Assembly: GCF_007748075.1 (NCBI RefSeq)
Contig: NZ_CP036280.1
Span: 3,454,542 to 3,486,541, forward strand
Direction of reading: 5' to 3'
Length of the DNA: 32,000 bases
Source of the DNA: Mucisphaera calidilacus
GTDB lineage: Bacteria > Planctomycetota > Phycisphaerae > Phycisphaerales > Phycisphaeraceae
Within the stretch, counting starts at the first letter, position 1. Each line of letters starts with the position of its first letter. A model generated the notes under the pieces. That model made no database searches. It was given only the letters and a program-made list of their open reading frames with translations, and was not told the DNA's origin. This document shows positions 8,132 through 15,392 of the stretch, piece after piece. A program made the position numbers and the translations under genes.

Positions 8132-9352
8132 TCAGTGAGCGCCCCACTGGACGGTGGCGAGGTCGATGCCTTCTTTGACCATGTCGTAGAGGGGGCTCAT
8201 GGCGAGCAGGTGGTTGACGGACTTGACGACCTGCTGGACGGTGTAATCGACTTCTTCCTCGGTGTTGAATCGTCCGAGTCCGAAGCGGATGGAGCTGTGC
8301 GCGATCTCGTCGCCTGCGCCGAGTGCCTTGAGGACGTAGCTGGGCTCGAGTGACGCGGAGGTGCATGCGGAGCCGGAGGAGACGGCGATTTCCTTCATGG
8401 CCATCATGAGGGACTCGCCCTCGACGTAGGGGAAGGAGATGTTGGCGGTGTGGGGGAGTCGTCGGGTCTTGTGGCCGTTGAGGACGGCGGTTTCGATCTG
8501 TCCGGTGATGCCGTCGACGAGTCGGTCGCGGAGTGCGGTGAGTCGTTCGGCCTCGGATTGCATTTCGTTGGCGCAGATCTCGCAGGCGGCGCCGAGACCG
8601 ACGATGCCGGTGACGTTGAGGGTTCCGGAGCGCATGCCGCGTTCGTGGCCGCCGCCCTCGATGATGGGAGCGAGCCGGACGCGTGGCTTGCGTCGTCGGA
8701 CGTAGAGGAATCCGGCGCCCTTGGGTCCGTACATTTTATGTGCGGTGGCGGAGAGGAGGTCGATGCCGGCGGCTTCGACGTCGGTGGGCATTTTGCCGAC
8801 CCACTGCGTGGCGTCGGTGTGGAAGAGGACGCCTTTGTCCTTGCAGATCGCGCCGATCTCGGGGATTTCGTTGGCGGTGCCGACCTCGTTGTTGGCCCAC
8901 ATGACGGAGACGAGGATGGTGTCGTCGCGGATTGCCTCTCGGACCTGTTCGGCGTAGATGACGCCATCCTGTCCGGGTTCGAGGAAGGTGACGTCGTAGC
9001 CCTCGCGTTGGAGTCGTTTGCAGGGGTCGAGGACGGCCTTGTGTTCGTGGACGGCGGAGATGATGTGTTTGCCCTGTTTGGCGTACATGTCCGCGGCGCC
9101 CTTGATGGCGATGTTGTTGGACTCGGTGGCGCCGGAGGTCCAGATGATCTCCTTGGGGGAGGCGTTGATGAGGGAGGCGACCTGCTGTCGTGCCTTGTCG
9201 ACGGCGTCCTCGGCGGCCCAGCCGAAGCTGTGGTTGCGGCTGGAGGCGTTGCCGAAGTGCTCGGTGAAGTAGGGGAGCATGGCGTCGAGCACCCTGGGGT
9301 CCATGGGTGTGGTCGCGTTGTGGTCCATGTAGATGGGGAGCTTGAGGGTCAT
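8132..9352 (-). CDS. iscS: Cysteine desulfurase IscS (PLP-dependent)
   Basis: 406 aa. [30 protein letters not shown] (PLP lysine) and [17 protein letters not shown] (catalytic Cys loop). Confidence 0.95.
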   Translation of the reverse strand: MTLKLPIYMDHNATTPMDPRVLDAMLPYFTEHFGNASSRNHSFGWAAEDAVDKARQQVASLINASPKEIIWTSGATESNNIAIKGAADMYAKQGKHIISAVHEHKAVLDPCKRLQREGYDVTFLEPGQDGVIYAEQVREAIRDDTILVSVMWANNEVGTANEIPEIGAICKDKGVLFHTDATQWVGKMPTDVEAAGIDLLSATAHKMYGPKGAGFLYVRRRKPRVRLAPIIEGGGHERGMRSGTLNVTGIVGLGAACEICANEMQSEAERLTALRDRLVDGITGQIETAVLNGHKTRRLPHTANISFPYVEGESLMMAMKEIAVSSGSACTSASLEPSYVLKALGAGDEIAHSSIRFGLGRFNTEEEVDYTVQQVVKSVNHLLAMSPLYDMVKEGIDLATVQWGAH

Positions 9353-9858
9353 GGTTGTTTTTCTCGGTTCAGAACGTTGAGGGTTGGCGTTTTGCCGTTG
9401 TTAGATGCTAGCGGGGTCGTGGGGATCGGGTCGGGCTTGTCGGTGACGAGGTCGTCGAGGGTGACCGAGTGGAAGAAGGCTCTCATGCGTCGGTCGAGTC
9501 GCTGCATGGGGTTCTCGATGGGGCAGCTGCCATGGTGCCGGCAGGACTTGTTGCGTTCGTCGGCGTCGTCGCAGCACTGGACGAGGTGGATGGGTCCTTC
9601 GAGTGCGGTGAAGACGTCGAGGAGGGTGATGGCGTCGGGTTGTCGTTGGAGGTGGTATCCGCCTCGTGCCCCGCGTGTGGAGGCGACGATGTCTGCGGCG
9701 GCGAGGTCTTTGAGGATGTTCATGAGCAGGGCGAGGGGTAGCTGGTAGGCGTCGGCGATGTGCCTGGCGCTGGTGGGTGGCGTGTGCTCGTCGTGGTTGC
9801 CGGCGAGGTGGGTGAGGGCAACCAGTGCGTAGTCGGCTTTTTTGGTCAGGCTAAGCAT
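9349..9858 (-). CDS. iscR: Rrf2-family transcriptional regulator (IscR-like)
   Basis: Start at ATG 9858 ([19 protein letters not shown]..., an Rrf2 wHTH). I counted 169 aa. The Cys cluster is [20 protein letters not shown]. The stop overlaps the iscS start (ATGA). Confidence 0.85.
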   Translation of the reverse strand: MLSLTKKADYALVALTHLAGNHDEHTPPTSARHIADAYQLPLALLMNILKDLAAADIVASTRGARGGYHLQRQPDAITLLDVFTALEGPIHLVQCCDDADERNKSCRHHGSCPIENPMQRLDRRMRAFFHSVTLDDLVTDKPDPIPTTPLASNNGKTPTLNVLNREKQP

Positions 9859-9878
9859 GGTGTTGTTTCCCGTTTCGT

Positions 9879-9911
9879 CTGAATAGTAGGACTGATTCAG
9901 TGCGATTTCAA
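9879..9911 (-). promoter_or_regulatory. Candidate iscR promoter (TTGAAA-17-TACTAT) with an overlapping inverted-repeat operator
   Basis: Minus strand: TTGAAA (9911..9906), 17-nt spacer, TACTAT (9888..9883). The perfect inverted repeat CTGAAT-N10-ATTCAG (9879..9900) covers the spacer and the -10 box, 21 nt upstream of the iscR ATG. Confidence 0.4.
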
Positions 9912-10035
9912 TGGGTGTCGCTATCCTGTTCGCAGGGGGATGGTGGCGGGTTCGATCTATGGGGGAAATCCCGCTATTTTGGTGACGGGACTCTTTAGAT
10001 GGATGGTTTGGACCCTTGACGAAAGGCCGGTCACG

Positions 10036-10650
10036 ATGTCTCTGTATAAGTCGATGTTGTTGTTCGGGGCCCCGGGTTCGGGCAAGGGCACGCAGGGTGC
10101 GATTCTGGGTCGGATTCCGGGTTTTTATCACTGCTCGTGTGGCGACGTGTTTCGGTCGATCGACCTGCACAGCGACCTTGGGAAGGTGTTTTATGAGTAT
10201 TCGTCGCGGGGCGAGCTGGTGCCTGACGAGGTGACGGTTCAGATGTGGGCGAAGGTGATCCACGCGCACTCGGTGTTGAGTCAGTACAAGCCGCACGTGG
10301 ATCTGCTGATTCTGGACGGGATACCGCGGACGCTGCGCCAGGCGGAGCTGATGGATGAGCACATCGAGGTGTTGAAGATTGTGCACCTGGAGTGTGACAA
10401 CGAGGAGGAGATGTTTGACCGGTTGCGCAAGCGTGCGTTGAAGGCGAACCGTCATGACGATGCGGATGAGCGTGTGATCCGGAACCGGTGGAAGGTTTAC
10501 GAGGAGGAGACGGCGCCGGTGCTGGATCATTACCCGTCGGAGAAGATCATTTCGGTGAATTCGCTGGGGTCGCCAGCCGAGATCCTGCACGACATTCTGG
10601 AGGTCGTGACGCCTATTCAGCAGGAGCACTTTGCGGCATTCAGCGGCTGA
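10036..10650 (+). CDS. Adenylate kinase / nucleoside-monophosphate kinase family, short-LID type
   Basis: Start at ATG 10036 (MSLYKSMLLFGAPGSGKGTQG, a P-loop). LILDGIPRT and RxxRxxxxxRxDDxxxxIxxRxxxY (RKRALKANRHDDADERVIRNRWKVY) resemble AK1/UMP-CMP-kinase-type enzymes. Confidence 0.75.
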   Translation: MSLYKSMLLFGAPGSGKGTQGAILGRIPGFYHCSCGDVFRSIDLHSDLGKVFYEYSSRGELVPDEVTVQMWAKVIHAHSVLSQYKPHVDLLILDGIPRTLRQAELMDEHIEVLKIVHLECDNEEEMFDRLRKRALKANRHDDADERVIRNRWKVYEEETAPVLDHYPSEKIISVNSLGSPAEILHDILEVVTPIQQEHFAAFSG

Positions 10651-10850
10651 CTGGTGTTGATTTTGCGGGGTTTGTGAGGTTTGTGCGGGTCGTGGCGATG
10701 AGGCGATGTGTTTCGGGGGTTTGGGTTACTCGATAGGGCCTGCCATTGTTTGGGTGTTTTCCCTGAGCAGTGATTGCGTTCGCTCTCGGGTGTGTCGATA
10801 GGGAAGTTTCCGAGTGACCATGATGTCCTCGAACCGTGGGAGGTATCGAT

Positions 10851-11162
10851 ATGAGTCAGGTTCCCGAGCCTTTGCTCAGTGAGTTCGCCGACGATCCGGA
10901 CATGCGTGAACTGGTTGAGATGTTCGTGGAGGAGTTGCCGGGGCGTGTGTCATCGATCGAGGCGGCTTTGGCGGAGGGTTTGCTGGAGGACCTGGCGCGT
11001 CTGTCGCATCAGTTGAAGGGTGCGGCGGGTGGTTATGGGTTTATGCCGATCACGGATGCGGCGCGTGAGGTCGAGGCGTTGGCGAAGTCCGGCGCCGAGT
11101 TGGATGCGTTGCGTGGCGAGGTGGACGCGTTGCTGGGGTTGTGTCGTCGGGCGCAGGCCTGA
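10851..11162 (+). CDS. Histidine phosphotransfer (Hpt) domain protein
   Basis: SHQLKGAAGGYGF is the Hpt phospho-His motif (HxLKG). A four-helix-bundle-sized protein. ATG 10851 is preceded by GGGAGG at 7-nt spacing, so it is preferred over GTG 10836. Confidence 0.8.
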   Translation: MSQVPEPLLSEFADDPDMRELVEMFVEELPGRVSSIEAALAEGLLEDLARLSHQLKGAAGGYGFMPITDAAREVEALAKSGAELDALRGEVDALLGLCRRAQA

Positions 11163-11207
11163 GTGTGCAGCGGTGCGGGTTGATGCGGGTATGAAAGGTT
11201 TGATTCG

Positions 11208-12119
11208 ATGAACCAGACAGTTCTGATTATTGATGATTCGCCGGACATCCATCGCATCATTGAGGTGCGTGGCCGCGATCTGGACGTGCGTTTTGTGTCG
11301 GCGCTGGACGCGGAGGAGGGTTTTGCGCTCGCGGCGTCGGAGCGTCCGGACCTGATTCTGCTGGACGTGGATCTGGGTGAGGGCACGAGTGGTTTTGACC
11401 TGTGCGAGAGGCTCAAGTCGACGCCCGTGGTTCGTGACGTGCCGGTGATCTTCCTGACGGGTGAGGGTCAGAGTGACAGCAAGATCCGTGCGTTTGACAT
11501 CGGCGCGGTGGATTACGTGGTGAAGCCGTTCAATCATGGCGAGTTGCTGGCGCGGATGCGTTCGGCGCTGCGGACGAAGCATCTGGTGGACATGCTGGCG
11601 GAGTGTGCGAATCTGGATGGGCTGACGGGTCTGCGGAACCGTCGTTACTTTGATGAGCGGTTGGCGCAGGAGGTTGAGACGGTTCGTCGTCACGACTGTG
11701 CGTTGACGCTGATCATCATGGACATTGACAAGTTCAAGACGATCAACGACACGCTGGGGCATCCGCGGGGTGACCAGGTGATTCAGGCGTTGGGGCAGGT
11801 GATTCAGCGCGTGGGGCGGATGACGGATATTCCGTGTCGTCTGGGCGGTGACGAGTTTGTGCTGATGCTTCCTCAGACGGACACGCCGGCTGTGGAGGTG
11901 GTGGCGGAGCGGCTGTGCGAGGCGGTTCGTAGCGACGAGACGCTCAACCGTCTGGTGCCGAACGGCGTGACGTGCAGTGTCGGTCTGGCGTCGACCTCGA
12001 TGCTCGAGGATCTGTCGGCGGACGCGTTGATCGAGGCGGCGGACCAGGCGTTGTATGCGTCGAAGCGTGGCGGCCGGGATCGCTGGACGGCTTACGAGCG
12101 GGGTCGCGCGGCGGCGTGA
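11208..12119 (+). CDS. Response regulator receiver + GGDEF diguanylate cyclase (PleD/WspR-like)
   Basis: REC domain: LIIDDS, LILLDVDL acceptor Asp, VVKPF. GGDEF domain: DGLTGLRNRRYF, intact GGDEF in RLGGDEFVLML, and the I-site RxxD (RMTD) five residues upstream. Confidence 0.9.
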   Translation: MNQTVLIIDDSPDIHRIIEVRGRDLDVRFVSALDAEEGFALAASERPDLILLDVDLGEGTSGFDLCERLKSTPVVRDVPVIFLTGEGQSDSKIRAFDIGAVDYVVKPFNHGELLARMRSALRTKHLVDMLAECANLDGLTGLRNRRYFDERLAQEVETVRRHDCALTLIIMDIDKFKTINDTLGHPRGDQVIQALGQVIQRVGRMTDIPCRLGGDEFVLMLPQTDTPAVEVVAERLCEAVRSDETLNRLVPNGVTCSVGLASTSMLEDLSADALIEAADQALYASKRGGRDRWTAYERGRAAA

Positions 12120-12149
12120 GTCACGGGGTCGCGGTCCGGTTATAGTCGG

Positions 12150-13397
12150 GTGATGCAGACGATCGAGACGCACGTGCTGGACAATGGGTTGACGGTTGCG
12201 CTGGAGCCCATGTCGGGTGTCGAGTCGGTTTCGTTGACGTTGATGGTTCCGGCGGGGATGGCTTCGGAGCCCGAGGACCGGCAGGGTTTGTCGGGCTTGT
12301 TGACGGAGATGGTGTGTCGGGGGGCGGGTGGTCTGAGCAGCCGTGCGCACGTGGACCTGCTGGACCGGCTGGGTGTGGTCCGGACAACGGGGTCGACGCT
12401 CCGGCATTTTCGTCTGGGCGCGACGCTGGTGGGTGATCGTTTGTCGGAGGCGTTGGGTCCGTTGCTGGACATGGCGATGTCGCCCGCGTTGTCGGAGGCG
12501 GATTTCGAGCCGAGTCGTCAGCTGGCGTTGCAGACGCTTGACGGCTTGCAGGATGACCCTCAGCACCGCGTGATGCTGGATCTGCGTCGTGTGTTGTTCC
12601 CGACGCCTCTGGGCCGTTCGCCTCACGGGCGTCGCGCGGACGTTGAGGCGTCGAGCGTGGAGGACGTTCGCGGTTTCTGGGAGCGTCGATGTCGGCCGGG
12701 CGGGGGTGTGCTGGCGATCGCGGGGAAGCTGGATCCTGAGCGTGTGTTGGAGCGTGTGTCGGGTCTGGTGTCGGGGTGGACGGGTCGGGCGGAGCCGGTG
12801 TCGATTTCGCCGACGGCTTATGGGGGCCCGGTGCAGAGCGTGGAGAAGACGTCGCAGGTTCACATTGGTGTGGGTCTGGAGGCGATTCCGGAGTTGGACG
12901 AGGGCGTGTGGTGTCAGCGTCTGGCGGTGGCGGCGTTGTCGGGGGGGATGTCGGCGCGGCTGTTTACGGAGGTTCGTGAGAAGCGTGGGTTGTGTTATTC
13001 GGTGCACGCGAGTTATGCGGGGGCGCGGGAGTTCGGTGCGATCATGGCGTATGCGGGGACGACGCCTGAGCGAGCGGAGCAGACGCTTGACGTGCTGAGC
13101 GGGGAGCTGGTTCGGATCCACGAGGGTCTGGAGGCGGACGAGTTTGCGCGGGCGAAGACGGGGATGAAGGCCCGGGTGGTGATGTCGGGCGAGTCGACGT
13201 CGGCGCGGGCGAGTGCGTTGGCGTCGGACCTGATGGTGCTTGGGCGTACGCGTAGCCTGGAGGAGGTGGGTGCGAAGATTGACGGGGTGACGCTTGAGCA
13301 GGTCAACGCGTTTCTGGCGTCGCGCGAGGCGGGCGTCCAGCGTGTGGTGACGATCGGTCCTGAGCCGCTGGCGGTGCCTGAGCGTTGCGGGGGGTGA
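12150..13397 (+). CDS. M16 (pitrilysin/insulinase) family peptidase homologue with a degenerate zinc motif
   Basis: Two-domain M16 architecture (HVLDNGLTVALEPM..., later REKRGLCYSVHA). Where the HxxEH motif belongs (G-x-x-H-x-x-E-H-M) the sequence reads GLSGLLTEMVCRG. Start is GTG 12150 or ATG 12153. Confidence 0.8.
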   Translation: MMQTIETHVLDNGLTVALEPMSGVESVSLTLMVPAGMASEPEDRQGLSGLLTEMVCRGAGGLSSRAHVDLLDRLGVVRTTGSTLRHFRLGATLVGDRLSEALGPLLDMAMSPALSEADFEPSRQLALQTLDGLQDDPQHRVMLDLRRVLFPTPLGRSPHGRRADVEASSVEDVRGFWERRCRPGGGVLAIAGKLDPERVLERVSGLVSGWTGRAEPVSISPTAYGGPVQSVEKTSQVHIGVGLEAIPELDEGVWCQRLAVAALSGGMSARLFTEVREKRGLCYSVHASYAGAREFGAIMAYAGTTPERAEQTLDVLSGELVRIHEGLEADEFARAKTGMKARVVMSGESTSARASALASDLMVLGRTRSLEEVGAKIDGVTLEQVNAFLASREAGVQRVVTIGPEPLAVPERCGG

Positions 13398-13403
13398 GGA
13401 GGC

Positions 13404-14057
13404 GTGGTGTTGCGTGTGTTGATCACGGTGGGTCCGACGCGTGAGCCGATTGATCGGGTGCGTTTTATCGGGAACCGGTCGAGTGGCGAGATGGGGAGTC
13501 TGATCGCGGAGGCGATGGCGAGCGCGGGTCACGAGGTGACGTCGCTGGTGGGTCCGGTGGATCGTGCGGTTGTGGCGCGGTGTTCGGGGGCGGGTCGGGT
13601 GTATCGTTTTGAGAGTTCGGCGGAGCTGGGTCAGTTGCTGGAGGCGCATTTTCGGGACGCGGACGTGTTGGTGATGGCGGCGGCGGTGGCGGATTATCGA
13701 CCGGTGACGGTGTCGGAGGGCAAGATGGCACGTCTTTCGGGTCAAGATCAGCGGATGGTGGTGGAGTTGATGCCGACGCCTGACCTGGTGGCGGGTGTGG
13801 CGGGCAGCAAGCGTGCGGGTCAGCGTGTGGTGGCGTTTGCGTTGGAGGAAGCGGGTGTTCTGGAGGCGCGGGCGGGGGAGAAGATGCGTCGTAAGGGTGT
13901 GGACGCGATGGTGGCGAATCCGCTGGGGACGATGGAATCGGGGGGGATTCGGGCGACGTGGATGACGGTGGGTGGCGAGGTGGAGCGTCTGGAGAGGATG
14001 CCTAAGTCTGAGTTTGCGAGCTGGTTAGCTGAACGGGTTGTGCGGTTGTTCGGATGA
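13404..14057 (+). CDS. coaB: Phosphopantothenate-cysteine ligase (CoaB domain only, not fused to CoaC)
   Basis: LITVGPTREPIDRVRFIGNRSSGEMG and AAAVADYRP are CoaB/Dfp C-terminal-domain signatures. At 217 aa there is no flavoprotein decarboxylase domain. Start is ambiguous among GTG 13404, GTG 13407 and TTG 13410, after RBS GAGGAGG (13396-13402). Confidence 0.85.
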   Translation: MVLRVLITVGPTREPIDRVRFIGNRSSGEMGSLIAEAMASAGHEVTSLVGPVDRAVVARCSGAGRVYRFESSAELGQLLEAHFRDADVLVMAAAVADYRPVTVSEGKMARLSGQDQRMVVELMPTPDLVAGVAGSKRAGQRVVAFALEEAGVLEARAGEKMRRKGVDAMVANPLGTMESGGIRATWMTVGGEVERLERMPKSEFASWLAERVVRLFG

Positions 14058-14201
14058 TCTGAAAAAGCCTTGTCTTCATCGGGTTAGGGTGATACGGTTG
14101 TATTTACCGATCATGTCTTTGGGCGAGGCCTGCTCGCTGTTTTGGGTTCGCCGGGCCGATTGCGATTCTTTCTTGTGGCCCGAGAAATACGAGGTTGAGC
14201 G

Positions 14202-14918
14202 ATGCTGACGATTCATTGCAGCCGCTGTGGTGCCGAGATGCACTTTGGCGAGGGGGCTTGTGGCCGGCGGGCCAAGTGCCTGAAGTGTGATTATGTGTTC
14301 CGGTTGCCTTCGAAAGAGGCGTTGATGGAGGAGACGGTTTCGGAGTGGATCGCGGAGGACGTGGACGAGGTTCTGACCAAGCGTGACGAGATGTTTGAGG
14401 AGCGTAATCGTCCGGAGTTGCGTGATCTGCATTATGAGAAGGCGAAGCGTGTTTCGCGGTCGTTTGACTCGACGATCGGTCCGGCGATCTCGACGCGCGA
14501 GGCGGCGAAGGACAAGAAGTCGTCGGGCAAGCAGTCGTCGCCTGTGACGCCTGAGTGCCGAGCGCGTCTGGAGACGTGGACGAGCTGGCAGCCCGGGGAG
14601 CGGTTGCGGAAGTATTATCCGGACGCGGATTACGCGGAGGATGACGAGGGGAAGGCGGGGGTGCTGATTACGAATCAGCGGTTGTTGTACCGGAAGGGTC
14701 ACAACCAGGGCTCGGTGGGTCTGGATGTCGAGGACGCGGTGATTCTGGCGCGGGTTCGGGGCCACACGGCGTCGTTGAATCTGATGGTGGGTTCGACGCG
14801 GACGCGGATGGCGCGGGTGACGTTGCATCACCTACAGCGGCTGACGCGTGAGGTTCACAACATGGACCGCGGGATCAAGCTGCTGATTGGCGAGGCCCAG
14901 GCGAACGAGACGGCCTGA
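14202..14918 (+). CDS. Hypothetical protein: N-terminal CxxC...CxxC zinc ribbon, charged linker, C-terminal PH-like domain
   Basis: MLTIHCSRCGAEMHF...AKCLKCDYVF gives two CxxC pairs. A K/E/S-rich linker follows. The C-terminal GVLITNQRLLYRKG... resembles bacterial PH/GRAM-like domains. G/T-ending codon periodicity supports coding. Confidence 0.55.
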   Translation: MLTIHCSRCGAEMHFGEGACGRRAKCLKCDYVFRLPSKEALMEETVSEWIAEDVDEVLTKRDEMFEERNRPELRDLHYEKAKRVSRSFDSTIGPAISTREAAKDKKSSGKQSSPVTPECRARLETWTSWQPGERLRKYYPDADYAEDDEGKAGVLITNQRLLYRKGHNQGSVGLDVEDAVILARVRGHTASLNLMVGSTRTRMARVTLHHLQRLTREVHNMDRGIKLLIGEAQANETA

Positions 14919-14944
14919 CGGGTTGATTCTGGGCGGGAGAGGAT

Positions 14945-14972
14945 TTGACTTGGTTTACGGGTTCGCTAGTAT
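14945..14972 (+). promoter_or_regulatory. Sigma70-like promoter for arsR-arsM (TTGACT-16-TAGTAT)
   Basis: TTGACT 14945-14950, 16-nt spacer, TAGTAT 14967-14972. The arsR ATG (14979) lies 6 nt after the -10 box with no SD, which suggests a leaderless transcript. Confidence 0.4.
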
Positions 14973-14978
14973 GCTTGC

Positions 14979-15392
14979 ATGGTGACGCCAGTATCCAAGC
15001 GATTTGTGGGCAGTCCGACGGAGGCGGCTTCGTGCGTGGACGAGCTGGACGAGCGTTTTGACACGGCGTTGTTCAAGGCGTTGGCGGACCCGACGCGTTG
15101 TCGTCTGCTGACGTGCCTGATTCGTTGCGGGCGGCCCTGCTCGGTGACGGAGGTGGCGGCGTGTTGTGCGGTGGATTTTTCGGTGGTGGCGCGTCACCTG
15201 GCGCAGCTGGCGCGGGTGGGCGTGTTGTCGGCGCACAAGCGGGGTCGGACGGTGTGGTACGAGCCGCGTTACGGTCATCTTTCGGGTGTGCTGCGTGGAT
15301 TGGCGGACGCGGTGGAGGGTTGGTGTCCGGGTGGCGGGGGTGTGGTTGATGTGACGGTTGAAACTCGAACAGAAGAAGGAAAAGCAACGTGA
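14979..15392 (+). CDS. arsR: ArsR/SmtB-family metalloregulator (Cys-rich)
   Basis: LFKALADPTRCRLLTCL ... SVTEVAACCAVDFSVVARHLAQLARVGVL is the ArsR wHTH, with a CC pair at the position of the ELCVCDL metal site. It is upstream of and overlaps arsM (GTGA). Confidence 0.85.
   Translation: MVTPVSKRFVGSPTEAASCVDELDERFDTALFKALADPTRCRLLTCLIRCGRPCSVTEVAACCAVDFSVVARHLAQLARVGVLSAHKRGRTVWYEPRYGHLSGVLRGLADAVEGWCPGGGGVVDVTVETRTEEGKAT

Noticed and set aside
10730-10803. 9-bp direct repeat TCGATAGGG (10730-10738 and 10795-10803) upstream of the Hpt gene.
   Set aside because: The repeat is short, has no dyad symmetry, and its spacing (65 bp) is not suggestive. It could be chance in a 200-nt spacer.
10950-13745. 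931-aa minus-strand ORF, the longest in the track, antisense to the Hpt, REC-GGDEF, M16 and coaB genes.
   Set aside because: The translation is low-complexity R/H/T/P/Q-rich with no motifs. It spans intergenic gaps and four well-supported + strand genes. It stays open only because the minus strand is depleted in T, which leaves few stop codons.
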